Of a stretch of 38,182 bases of DNA, positions 8,846 to 17,378 are shown one piece after another. Below the pieces are notes generated by a model, which was given only the letters and a program-made list of their open reading frames with translations, was not told where the DNA came from and ran no database searches. Positions within the stretch are counted from its first letter, which is position 1. Each line of letters starts with the position of its first letter. Source of the DNA: Pseudanabaenaceae cyanobacterium (GTDB taxonomy: Bacteria; Cyanobacteriota; Cyanobacteriia; Pseudanabaenales; Pseudanabaenaceae); NCBI GenBank assembly GCA_044358815.1, contig JBIKNH010000012.1, positions 1 to 38,182 on the forward strand, given 5' to 3'. A program made the translations under genes and the position numbers.

Positions 8846-10043
8846 CTAAAACTCCAGTTACAATTTTATTCTCAATAACTGCAGCTATTGCAGGGTGAAC
8901 TATAAAACGTGGTTTAGGATAACGATATTCCAAGATGTGACCTGTGTGTAATAACTCCCAGTGCTCAGAATTGCTAGGAAAAAAAGAACTTCGGGCGAAT
9001 ATGCGAAGAATAGTCATCTCTGAAGCATTTAAGCCCATAAGTTTTAAACGAACAAAGGGTAAAATTGCTTGTTCAACATGCTGAGCTGTAATTCTATCAG
9101 CTCCATCTAAGTAAGCCTCCTCAATCGACATTTGAGAAATAGATATAAAATCTCGTAAAACCCCTCCTGAACATGATATTAACAGTGACCGTGCATCTGA
9201 AGTGAAAATGTTATCGGGATCTCTCACGCCCATAATATCAATAAAAAACTGTTTAGCTTCAACACTATCAAATACATCAAGATATGGTAGATATACTAAA
9301 AGCCCTTTAATGTTTTCTCTTAGCATTTGGGTTATTGCTACAGAACCCACGATAATTGAGCCAATTCCAGCAATTTCCCTAACCATTCTTGCATCATTTA
9401 AAGCGGATTCAAAAAATAGTTGTGGATCAGCTATTCTATCTAGTCCGTCAAAGAGGAAAACAATTTCTTTTGCAATTTTCTGTTTGACAGCTTCTTTCAA
9501 AGTAGATAAATCTTGCACAAGAGATTCTATGATTTTTTGTTTTTTGTTATTTAGCGATAGTATTCCTTGATAATCAAGAGAAATCTGCTCTTCCCACGGC
9601 TCTAAACTTTGCTCAGGCACATACACTACTGTTTCGCTATATCCATGAGCCACTTTTTCGATTCGTTTTTTACATTTTTCTAGTATGGTATTCTTCATAT
9701 CACCCAAGATATTTATTAACTCAAGTCCCGCAATAGCAATTAAAGCACCTGCCTGAAGATTAGAGATGTCAGTAAAAAGACTGACATCAACATAGATAGC
9801 TTGTATATCTTCCAGTTCATTTAACGCACTTTGAGTTAGCAAAAGTTGGGTGGTTTTACCTGCTCCAATACCACCCAAAAGAATCTTTATTGACGAAGGA
9901 TTTACCTCAATTCTTCTGGTAATCTCTCTAATAGGACTGTTTGGCAATTTAACATAAAATCCTCGCTCGACAGCACGCTGAGGATTGGAAGTACCTTCAA
10001 AAGCTGACATCAGCTTACGGAAAAACTTTAGGCGCTCAGACAT
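8838..10043 (-). CDS. P-loop NTPase, STAND/NACHT-like (Walker A GGIGAGKTT; Walker B VFLFDGLDR); first gene of a 3-gene AT-rich operon
   Basis: ORF of 401 aa. The GxGxGKTT P-loop follows FYVKLP...REITRRI, and the hhhhDGhD Walker B resembles the NACHT signature. The C-terminal ~120 aa look helical/winged-helix-like (MTILRIFARS). There are no repeat-type sensor domains. GC is markedly lower than the flanks. Confidence 0.7.
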   Translation of the reverse strand: MSERLKFFRKLMSAFEGTSNPQRAVERGFYVKLPNSPIREITRRIEVNPSSIKILLGGIGAGKTTQLLLTQSALNELEDIQAIYVDVSLFTDISNLQAGALIAIAGLELINILGDMKNTILEKCKKRIEKVAHGYSETVVYVPEQSLEPWEEQISLDYQGILSLNNKKQKIIESLVQDLSTLKEAVKQKIAKEIVFLFDGLDRIADPQLFFESALNDARMVREIAGIGSIIVGSVAITQMLRENIKGLLVYLPYLDVFDSVEAKQFFIDIMGVRDPDNIFTSDARSLLISCSGGVLRDFISISQMSIEEAYLDGADRITAQHVEQAILPFVRLKLMGLNASEMTILRIFARSSFFPSNSEHWELLHTGHILEYRYPKPRFIVHPAIAAVIENKIVTGVLDD

Positions 10044-10173
10044 GGCATTCTCAATCTAAATAAATGACGAGTTAGTACTTACATTCTAGCGGATGCGTTA
10101 GGATCTGCAAAGAAGCCAGATAAAGCCCTGCGCTAGAAATATGCTATTGCGATAAGATAATTGTTGCAAGCCA

Positions 10174-12519
10174 ATGATCGTCACTGCTTTAAATATGACC
10201 ACTGACACCGACAAGCGCCAGTTTTCCCCCGCACAACTTAAAGCCGAGGGACTCACCCCCGACGAATATCAAATGATTTGCGACCGCTTGGGACGGGAAC
10301 CCAATCGCGCTGAGTTGGGTATGTTCGGCGTGATGTGGTCGGAACATTGCTGTTACAAAAACTCCCGCCCCCTCCTAGGGCAATTTCCCACCAAAGGCGA
10401 GCGAATCTTAGTCGGACCTGGCGAAAACGCTGGCGTAGTCAAGATTACCGATGATCTTGCCATCAGTTTCAAAATTGAAAGCCATAACCGCCCCTCAGCA
10501 GTAGAACCCTATCAAGGAGCCGCAACTGGAGTCGGTGGCATTTTGCGCGATATTTTCACCATGGGAGCGCGACCCGTGGCGTTACTCAATGCTTTACGTT
10601 TTGGCGAACTGTCTGATCCTTGGGTCCGGAGCCGCGTGCGGGGCATCGTCGATGGCATCGCTGGTTATGGTAATTGCGTCGGCGTGCCCACCATCGGCGG
10701 TGAAGTTTACTTCGATAAATCCTACAATCGCAATCCTTTGGTTAATGCAATGGCAATCGGGATTATGGAAACTCCCGAAATCGTCAAAGCTGGAGCGGTT
10801 GGGGTCGGTAATCCAGTGGTTTATGTCGGTTCCACAACGGGGCGCGATGGCATGAAAGGCGCGAGTTTTGCCAGTGCTGAACTGTCTGCTAAATCTGAAC
10901 AGGATCGCCCAGCAGTGCAAGTGGGAGATCCATTTTTAGAGAAGTCATTAATCGAAGCCTGTTTAGAAGCTTTTAAATCAGGGGCAGTGGGAGCCGCCCA
11001 AGACATGGGAGCCGCTGGCTTGACATGTTCCACTTCCGAAATGGCAGCTAAAGGGAATGTGGGAATTATTTTAGATCTCGATAAAATCCCCGCACGGGAA
11101 ACGGGTATGGTTCCCTATGAATATTTGCTTTCTGAATCCCAAGAGCGGATGCTTTTCGTGGCTCATAAAGGACAAGAACAAGATCTGATTGCGATTTTTG
11201 AACGCTGGGGTTTACATGGCGTAGTGGCAGGAGAAGTCATTGCTGAGCCAATTGTACGGATTCTCTGGCATGGGGAAACTGCCGCCGAAATTCCCGCCAC
11301 AGCCTTGGCAGACAATACACCAATTTATCACCGCACCCTCGGACCAGTACCAGAATATGCGCAAAAAGCTTGGGCTTGGAACGAAGCCGAAACCTTAGGG
11401 AATCTTCAAGTATCCCCCCAAGATGCTTTCCTGACATTGCTAGATACTCCTTCCATTGCGTCTAAGGCGTGGGTCTATCGCCAATATGATCATCAAGTAC
11501 AGAACAATACGGTGGTATTTCCTGGGGGAGCCGATGCCGCAGTGATTCGGATTCGTAAACAAGATTTTGGCATTGGTAATTTAGAACCTAATCAGTTCGC
11601 TAATACCAGAGCTTTAGACAATTCCATTGGTGTAGCGGCAACCGTAGACTGTAATGCCCGTCTGGTTTATCTCGATCCCTACGAAGGTGCAAAACTGGCT
11701 GTAGCTGAAGCTGCTCGGAATCTTTCCTGTGTGGGTGCGGAACCTTTAGCCGTAACCGATAATCTCAATTTCGGCAGTCCCGAACATAGCATCGGTTATT
11801 GGCAACTGCACGAAGCCTGTCGCGGTATTGCCGACGCTTGCCGTGAATTAGCCACCCCAGTTACTGGCGGTAATGTTTCTCTCTATAACGAAACGATTCA
11901 GAGCGATGGCACCAGTAGCCCGATTTATCCTACCCCTGTGATTGGCATGGTGGGGTTAGTGCCTGACGTGACGAAGGTTTGCGGACAGGGTTTCAGAGGC
12001 GTAGGGGATGCCATTTACTTAATTGGTGGCGATGCAGTGAGTTTGGCTGGTTCCGAATACCTAGCGACAATTCTTGAAACCGTAGCTGGTAAACCTGTGG
12101 CAGTGGATTTGAATCTAGAGAAGACTGTCCAAGCCGCAAACCGTTATGGAGTAGCCCACGATTGGCTCAGATCTGCCCATGACTGCGCTGAAGGTGGTTT
12201 GACGGTGGCGGTGGCAGAGTCGGCAATCGCTGGTGGTCTCAGTGCTGTGATTGATTTAGCGAATCCTCAGGAACAACATCTCACCGTGCTGTTATTTGGC
12301 GAAGGTCCGAGTCGAATTGTGGTAAGCGTTGCGCCTGAAAACGTGGCAGCTTGGGAAGCTTATCTAACAAGTCAAGAAGTTCCAGTACAAAAAATTGGTG
12401 CGGTGGCAGCGGCAGATCAAGATTTCACCATTAAGGTGGCGGGTGAAACCTTGATTAATGCGCCATTACAGCAACTGATTGATACTTATAACCAGGCAAT
12501 TCCTCGCCGCATGGTTTAG
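10174..12519 (+). CDS. purL: phosphoribosylformylglycinamidine synthase subunit PurL
   Basis: Conserved small-PurL N-terminus ([40 protein letters not shown]) and paired AIRS/AIRS_C domains; 781 aa is close to the typical ~740 aa. The true start may be the ATG at 10195 (MTTDTDK). Confidence 0.9.
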   Translation: MIVTALNMTTDTDKRQFSPAQLKAEGLTPDEYQMICDRLGREPNRAELGMFGVMWSEHCCYKNSRPLLGQFPTKGERILVGPGENAGVVKITDDLAISFKIESHNRPSAVEPYQGAATGVGGILRDIFTMGARPVALLNALRFGELSDPWVRSRVRGIVDGIAGYGNCVGVPTIGGEVYFDKSYNRNPLVNAMAIGIMETPEIVKAGAVGVGNPVVYVGSTTGRDGMKGASFASAELSAKSEQDRPAVQVGDPFLEKSLIEACLEAFKSGAVGAAQDMGAAGLTCSTSEMAAKGNVGIILDLDKIPARETGMVPYEYLLSESQERMLFVAHKGQEQDLIAIFERWGLHGVVAGEVIAEPIVRILWHGETAAEIPATALADNTPIYHRTLGPVPEYAQKAWAWNEAETLGNLQVSPQDAFLTLLDTPSIASKAWVYRQYDHQVQNNTVVFPGGADAAVIRIRKQDFGIGNLEPNQFANTRALDNSIGVAATVDCNARLVYLDPYEGAKLAVAEAARNLSCVGAEPLAVTDNLNFGSPEHSIGYWQLHEACRGIADACRELATPVTGGNVSLYNETIQSDGTSSPIYPTPVIGMVGLVPDVTKVCGQGFRGVGDAIYLIGGDAVSLAGSEYLATILETVAGKPVAVDLNLEKTVQAANRYGVAHDWLRSAHDCAEGGLTVAVAESAIAGGLSAVIDLANPQEQHLTVLLFGEGPSRIVVSVAPENVAAWEAYLTSQEVPVQKIGAVAAADQDFTIKVAGETLINAPLQQLIDTYNQAIPRRMV

Positions 12520-12810
12520 AGGGTGTTTGGGAAGTCTGCATATTCGCTAAAAACAATAATTGATCCCCCCTAGCCCCTCTTCCAAAAGATGAGAGGATAA
12601 CAAGAGATTAGCTTTATTCCCCCTTCCCCTTAATGGGAGAGTGGGGTTGGGGGATGAGGATGATATTTGTTCCACATAACATCATAATTAAGGTGATTCC
12701 TGCTATAACAGGTTGGCATAGGCACAAATTCTGTGGAGCTAGTCAGTTTTATCCTGGCTACTTTCATAAAGTGTTTAGAATTGCTATGATTAGTTACTGG
12801 TCGTAATTTA

Positions 12811-12906
12811 ATTACCAGATTAATTACCAGATTAATTACCAGATTAATTACCAGATTAATTACCAGATTAATTACCAGATTAATTACCAGATTAATTACC
12901 AGATTT
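12811..12906. repeat. perfect tandem array of a 12-bp unit ATTACCAGATTA, about 8 copies
   Basis: Read directly from the sequence: attaccagatta repeated head-to-tail from 12811. The last unit ends ...gattt, 16 nt before the ATG at 12923. Confidence 0.9.
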
Positions 12907-12922
12907 TGCCAGCACCTCAGTT

Positions 12923-15900
12923 ATGGAAAAACGGCATCTTATATTATCCGATCATGTTTCTCCAGAAGACTGGGACAATACACCCAGTAATGTTCGGCAT
13001 CTGGTTAATACGCTATTAGCAAGTGCGGTTTTATCAGACAATGAAAGCTATCTGGCACGGTTCCTAGATGCGACCCTCATCGGTATTGCGATTCATCGGT
13101 CAAACGGACAGTTAGTTTACATCAACAGTGTGGGACAATCTCTTCTAGGCACAAATCACTATCCAGAAACTAGTCCGAATCTTTTACCAGAATTTTTTCA
13201 AATATATCGCGCTGGTACTAACGAACTTTATCCAATTGAAAATTTACCCAGTAATCGTGCTCTGCGGGGAGAAACGATTCAAGTTAGTGATTTGGAAGTA
13301 CATCGTCTTGATCGCGTCGTGCCTTTAGAAGTATCAGCGACACCTGTTTTTAATCCACAGGGACAGGTGGTTTATGTCATCGCTACTTTTCGGGATATTA
13401 GCGAACGTCATCAAGCTGATGCAGCATTACAAAAAAGCGAACTCAAAATCATTAATTTAACTAATGCAATACCAGGGGCAGTTTTCCAATTTCAACTCAC
13501 GCCAGCAGGTGAATTAACCATGCCATTTGTGAGTCAGGGGCTTCGGGAACTGGCGGAGGTTTCACCACAACAGGTGGTCTATGATATACAGGTTTTTGCG
13601 AATTTAATCTTACTCGAAGATTGGCAAGCTATCAAACAAACCCTTGCTATTTCAGCGGAGACATTGCAGCCTTGGCATTTGGAATTTCAGATTCAAACTG
13701 GAAACCAAGGGCTGAAGTGGATCTTAGGTCAAGCAATGCCCCGTCATGAACCAGATGGCATAATTATTTGGAATGGAATTTTGACGGACATTAGTGATCG
13801 TAAACGTAGGGAAGTTGAACATCAGGAAGCGGAATTAGCTTTACAGCAAAGCGAAGATCGTTTTAGGGAAATGGCAGCGAATATCTCTGGCGCAATTTTC
13901 CGGTATCAACTTCGTCCCGATGGTTCTAAAGCAATTTTGTATATGAGTCCTGGATGCTATAGGATTTGGGAAGTTCCAGCAGAAATACTTGAAAAAGATG
14001 CCACTGTGCTATGTCAGATGGTCGATCCCCAAGATCAACTGATGCTACAAGAGTCAATTATAGAATCAGCCCAAACTCTTCAACCTTGGTCTTCAGCATG
14101 GCGCATTATTACACCATCAGGTTGTCATAAATGGCTAGAGGCTTCGGGTCGTCCTGAAAAGCAACCTAATGGCGAAGTTATTTGGGATGTGTTGGTTTTG
14201 GATGTGAGTGACCGTAAGTTCGCAGAGGAGCGGATTAGGGAACAACAAACCCAACTGGATTTAGTTGTGGAATCATCCCAAATTGGTTTCTATATCCATG
14301 ATCTGCGAAGTGGAACTTCTGTAGTTTCTTCGATCTATAAAACTCAACTGGGCTACCCGCCGGATGCTATAGAACCCTCGGCTAATGATTGGCAGGATCG
14401 CTTACATCCTGAGGATCGGCAGAGGGTGATCGCTGCGTTTGAAGCATTTCAGAATAGGGAATCTGTCTATAATGAGGATTTTCGGTTACTCCATCGCAAT
14501 GGTAGCTATCGGTGGATTCACAGCAACGCTCAGCTAATTTGTGATGAAATGGGAATGCCGATCAAGATAGTTGGTACTCATATTGATATTACTGATCGCA
14601 AAAAAATTGAAGAAAATTTGCGCCAAGCGATGGCAACCAATCAAGCCTTAATCAATACCCTGCCGGACTTGATTGTGCGCATTAGTCGAGAGGGAATTTA
14701 TCTAGATGCTATACCATCGGAAAGTGTGAAACTAGTAGTACCCCGCGATCAAATGATTGGCAAACGAATTCTAGATGTGCTACCCATAGAATTTGCTAGA
14801 CAGCGGATGTATTATGTAGAAAAAGCTTTTGAGACTGGTGAATTACAGATTCATGAATACGAAATCTTGATCGATAATGAAATCTGTTACGAAGAGTCGC
14901 GGATTGTTGTTAGTGGTGATAATGAAGTTATGAGTTTGATTCGTGATATTAGTGATCGCAAAAGAGCAGAAATATCTTTACGGCAGAGTGAATCACGGTA
15001 TCGGCTGTTAGCGGAAAACATTAATGATCTAGTTTGTTTGCATGATCCTGATGGTCGTTATATCTATGTCAGTCCCTCTTGCCAAACCCTTTTAGGCTAT
15101 CACTATGATGAAATGCTTGGCAAAAATCCTGAGATTTACTGTCATCCTGATGATCGCGAACGTGTACACCATGAATCCCTTACCGCAGCGAGTGTAGGGA
15201 AAGCTATCCCAATTACCTATCGAGTGCGCCAGAAGTCTGGTGATTATATCTGGTTTGAGACTTTAACCACGCCAATTATGGATGATCAGGGGCAGATAGT
15301 ACAACTACAAACCACTTCCCGAGATGTTACAGAACGGATTCAGGTGCAAAATCAATTAGAACATGAGGCGCTCCATGATGCATTGACGGGACTTCCCAAT
15401 CGGAATCTCTTAATGGAACGGTTAGAACTATCGATTCACCGCGCCAAACGCATTGATGATTATCGGTTTGCGGTGCTGTTTCTTGACCTGGATCGGTTCA
15501 AGGTAATCAATGATAGTTTAGGACATTTGCAGGGTGATCAGTTACTGATTGCCGTTGCCCAAAAGCTTCAATTTATTCTGCGAGATATTGACCTTGTGGC
15601 GCGGTTAGGCGGTGATGAATTTGTGATTCTCTTAGATGAAATTAAAGATGTCCAGGACGCGATTCACGCCACCCAGAGAATTTTTGCGACATTACAAACA
15701 CCAATGACCATTCAAGGTCGGGAAGTTTATACCACCTGTAGCATTGGTATTGTTGTGGGTACAAACAAATATACCCAAGCCTCTGACTTACTGCGGGATG
15801 CTGATACGGCAATGTATCGCGCTAAAAACAGTGGTAAAGCCCGATACGAAATCTTTGATGCCCAAATGCATCAGGAAGCTCTGAGACGGATGCATTTAGA

Positions 15901-16681
15901 GAATGATCTACGGCGAGCGATTGATTGCGAAGAGTTTGTCCTCCATTATCAGCCAATTATTTGTTTGAACAGTGGTAGCCTGGTGGGGTTTGAGGCTTTG
16001 ATGCGTTGGCAACATCCCACCCAAGGTTTGAAATCCCCTGGGGACTTTATCCCAGTGGCTGAAGAAATTGGATTGATTACATCCCTCAGTGCTTGGGCAC
16101 TACGCACAGCTTGTCAGCAGTTGACTAACTGGCAAATTGCTTTCTCTAATCTGCCCATTCTCAAAATGAGTGTGAATCTCTCGGTACAAGATCTCCGACG
16201 ACCGGATCTAGTGGCAGAAATTGATCTGATCCTCGCCCAAACTAAATTAGATGCTTGTTGCCTCACTCTAGAAATTACTGAGAGTATGTTAATTGAAGAT
16301 ATTGAGTCGATCACCGGACTGCTCACAGAGTTAAAAAGACGCGGCATTCAATTGAGTCTTGATGATTTTGGTACGGGATATTCATCATTGAGTTATCTGC
16401 ATCAGTTGCCAATGGATAATTTGAAGATCGATCAGTCTTTTGTGAACCGAATGCAGGAAGGAAAAAAGAATTATCAGATTGTGGAAACCATTGCCACCCT
16501 CAGTAGACAATTGGAACTTGATGCCATTGCGGAGGGCATTGAAACTTCCCAACAACTAGAGAGACTCAAAGCCTTAGGATATAAGTTTGGGCAAGGGTAT
16601 TTGTTTTCTCAGCCCCTCAGTGGGGAGACCATAGAAACACTTCTAGGACATCGTGATTTAGAGCATTTTGTGACGGTATGA
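12923..16681 (+). CDS. multi-PAS sensor diguanylate cyclase/phosphodiesterase (PAS x ~6-7, GGDEF, EAL)
   Basis: GGDEF motif in RLGGDEFVILL preceded by LHDALTGLPNR; the EAL domain has EALMRW and the DDFGTGYSSLSYL motif. The repeated PAS-type blocks are each preceded by DISDRK- or DITDRK-like linkers. Confidence 0.85.
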   Translation: MEKRHLILSDHVSPEDWDNTPSNVRHLVNTLLASAVLSDNESYLARFLDATLIGIAIHRSNGQLVYINSVGQSLLGTNHYPETSPNLLPEFFQIYRAGTNELYPIENLPSNRALRGETIQVSDLEVHRLDRVVPLEVSATPVFNPQGQVVYVIATFRDISERHQADAALQKSELKIINLTNAIPGAVFQFQLTPAGELTMPFVSQGLRELAEVSPQQVVYDIQVFANLILLEDWQAIKQTLAISAETLQPWHLEFQIQTGNQGLKWILGQAMPRHEPDGIIIWNGILTDISDRKRREVEHQEAELALQQSEDRFREMAANISGAIFRYQLRPDGSKAILYMSPGCYRIWEVPAEILEKDATVLCQMVDPQDQLMLQESIIESAQTLQPWSSAWRIITPSGCHKWLEASGRPEKQPNGEVIWDVLVLDVSDRKFAEERIREQQTQLDLVVESSQIGFYIHDLRSGTSVVSSIYKTQLGYPPDAIEPSANDWQDRLHPEDRQRVIAAFEAFQNRESVYNEDFRLLHRNGSYRWIHSNAQLICDEMGMPIKIVGTHIDITDRKKIEENLRQAMATNQALINTLPDLIVRISREGIYLDAIPSESVKLVVPRDQMIGKRILDVLPIEFARQRMYYVEKAFETGELQIHEYEILIDNEICYEESRIVVSGDNEVMSLIRDISDRKRAEISLRQSESRYRLLAENINDLVCLHDPDGRYIYVSPSCQTLLGYHYDEMLGKNPEIYCHPDDRERVHHESLTAASVGKAIPITYRVRQKSGDYIWFETLTTPIMDDQGQIVQLQTTSRDVTERIQVQNQLEHEALHDALTGLPNRNLLMERLELSIHRAKRIDDYRFAVLFLDLDRFKVINDSLGHLQGDQLLIAVAQKLQFILRDIDLVARLGGDEFVILLDEIKDVQDAIHATQRIFATLQTPMTIQGREVYTTCSIGIVVGTNKYTQASDLLRDADTAMYRAKNSGKARYEIFDAQMHQEALRRMHLENDLRRAIDCEEFVLHYQPIICLNSGSLVGFEALMRWQHPTQGLKSPGDFIPVAEEIGLITSLSAWALRTACQQLTNWQIAFSNLPILKMSVNLSVQDLRRPDLVAEIDLILAQTKLDACCLTLEITESMLIEDIESITGLLTELKRRGIQLSLDDFGTGYSSLSYLHQLPMDNLKIDQSFVNRMQEGKKNYQIVETIATLSRQLELDAIAEGIETSQQLERLKALGYKFGQGYLFSQPLSGETIETLLGHRDLEHFVTV

Positions 16682-16701
16682 GTCTGATTGTGAGACTATA
16701 G

Positions 16702-16806
16702 ATAATTCAAATAGAAGATACAGCTTCAACTTCGTTCGGCTAGCTTACACCAACGGCTGAGCGAAGTTGCAGCCAACTCTACAAATTACTTCAAACAACT
16801 ATACAT
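16702..16806. repeat. copy A of a ~105-bp dispersed direct repeat (about 85% identical to 17031-17133)
   Basis: ataattcaaatagaagatacagcttcaacttcgttcggctagcttacaccaacggctgagcgaagttgcagccaactctacaaatta... aligns collinearly with the second copy. Confidence 0.8.
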
Positions 16807-17030
16807 GAAGATTTCTAGTCTTCAGTGGCATCAAAACATATTTTAGGTTAAAGTATAGGTTGGATTTTTTAGGTAAGACGAGGTGGGAAAGTACCGCAAA
16901 GATGCGTAGGAGTAATACTCAGAAATATTTAGCTAACACTAATTTTAAATTAGTAGTTAAAATTAATAGTTAAAGTTAATAATTGAAAGCGGTGGAATTA
17001 TCTAGGCTTAGAATCATCCTGAGGTCATGA

Positions 17031-17133
17031 ATAATTCAAATAAAAATATAGCTTCAACTTCCCTCAGCTAGCCTACACCAACGGCTGAGCCAAGTCAAAG
17101 CCAACTCTATAAATCATTTTAAACAACCATAAC
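17031..17133. repeat. copy B of the ~105-bp direct repeat
   Basis: ataattcaaataaaaatatagcttcaacttccctcagctagcctacaccaacggctgagccaagtcaaagccaactctataaatca...; lies about 250 bp upstream of the hybrid kinase start. Confidence 0.8.
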
Positions 17134-17378
17134 CTATATCACAAAGAATCCCTCAATACATTCATTACATCCATTAAAATTGTTTCCATATCATCTCCTT
17201 CCTTAATGATTTTCTTTGCCTGGTTGAATTTAGCCCTGCATTGCCTAAGATTTATTAAAGATAAAATGATTTTAATTTTACTATTTTGAAATCCTGCAAA
17301 TATCCCTCTGATAAACACATCAAATTATAAACACGTCGAAATTATTTAGCTAAATTATCAGTCTAAATCCCTAAAGCC

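Noticed and set aside
9202-9570. 122-aa plus-strand ORF inside the island
   Set aside because: It lies entirely antisense within the 401-aa NTPase gene and has a low-complexity Ser/Ile-rich translation typical of AT-rich antisense frames, so it is most likely spurious.
10535-11033. Several 70-108-aa ORFs on both strands overlapping purL
   Set aside because: They are embedded in or antisense to a strongly conserved purL reading frame and carry no motifs. They are artefacts of the GC-rich alternative frames.
12811-12906. Possible CRISPR array (regularly spaced repeats)
   Set aside because: The units are 12 bp and directly abutting with no interspersed unique spacers, so this is a simple tandem repeat and not a repeat-spacer array. 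No cas genes are present in the window.
16702-17133. The duplicated ~105-bp element as a structured small RNA or tRNA-like gene
   Set aside because: Candidate stems in copy A (caacttcg/cgaagttg) are not preserved or compensated in copy B, which has a different local inverted repeat. There is no tRNA-like T-loop (GTTCGAATC-type) or anticodon structure, so it was kept only as a dispersed repeat.
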